This document shows positions 63,830 to 64,000 of a DNA stretch of 64,000 bases, one piece after another. The notes under the pieces were generated by a model, which searched no databases, was not told the DNA's origin, and worked only from the letters and a program-made list of their open reading frames with translations. The stretch spans positions 8,475-72,474 of the forward strand of contig NIVC01003878.1 in NCBI GenBank assembly GCA_002269645.1, in the 5' to 3' direction. This DNA is from Macrostomum lignano. Lineage: Eukaryota. Position 1 is the stretch's first letter. Every line of letters begins with the position of its first letter. Both the position numbers and the translations under genes were made by a program.

Positions 63830-64000
63830 CTGCTCAGATTAAGGAATTTTACTGCCCCAACGCTTGGCAAGGTTGGGGCTTAAGTCTGCAAAGTGGGACA
63901 GCGGCGGCGGGGGGCGCGGCAAGGTAACAAATGGCGGTTATCGATTTCCTCAGTTCAAATTCCCCACGCCATACTTCCGTTGCGAGTTTTTAGGGAGAAA

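Overview
Eukaryotic (metazoan) genomic DNA. GC-rich exons, GT-AG introns filled with minisatellites and AT-rich spacers resemble the flatworm Macrostomum; the organism is my inference and was not searched. Genes reconstructed by hand from splice sites and reading phase: (1) an intronless + strand neprilysin/M13-like type II membrane protein lacking HExxH (4890-7328); (2) a - strand ADAM family gene (at least 7 exons, 12472-30605, 5' exon not found) whose zinc-binding motif is also lost; (3) a + strand secreted PAN/Apple plus C-type lectin gene broken by two +1 frameshifts (39885-40666); (4) a 27-exon - strand ANKRD26-like ankyrin/coiled-coil gene of about 1820 aa (42178-61971); (5) a probable terminal exon of a further gene (about 63548-63829). 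Mobile DNA: four copies of a ~450 bp MITE with CACAG...CTGTG-type ends and 8-bp TSDs (P-superfamily-like), a 140-bp TG...CA solo-LTR-like insert with a 5-bp TSD, a decayed APE-type LINE and a possible hAT MITE. More than 25 tandem arrays (units 4-80 bp) account for most long ORFs in the track, which are spurious. The most notable patterns are intron-by-intron minisatellite filling, a 27/216/1809-bp hierarchical satellite, homotypic clusters of STAT-, CRE- and CCAAT-like motifs in introns, and a convergent pair of catalytically dead metalloproteases. I see no clear evidence of a new enzymatic system.
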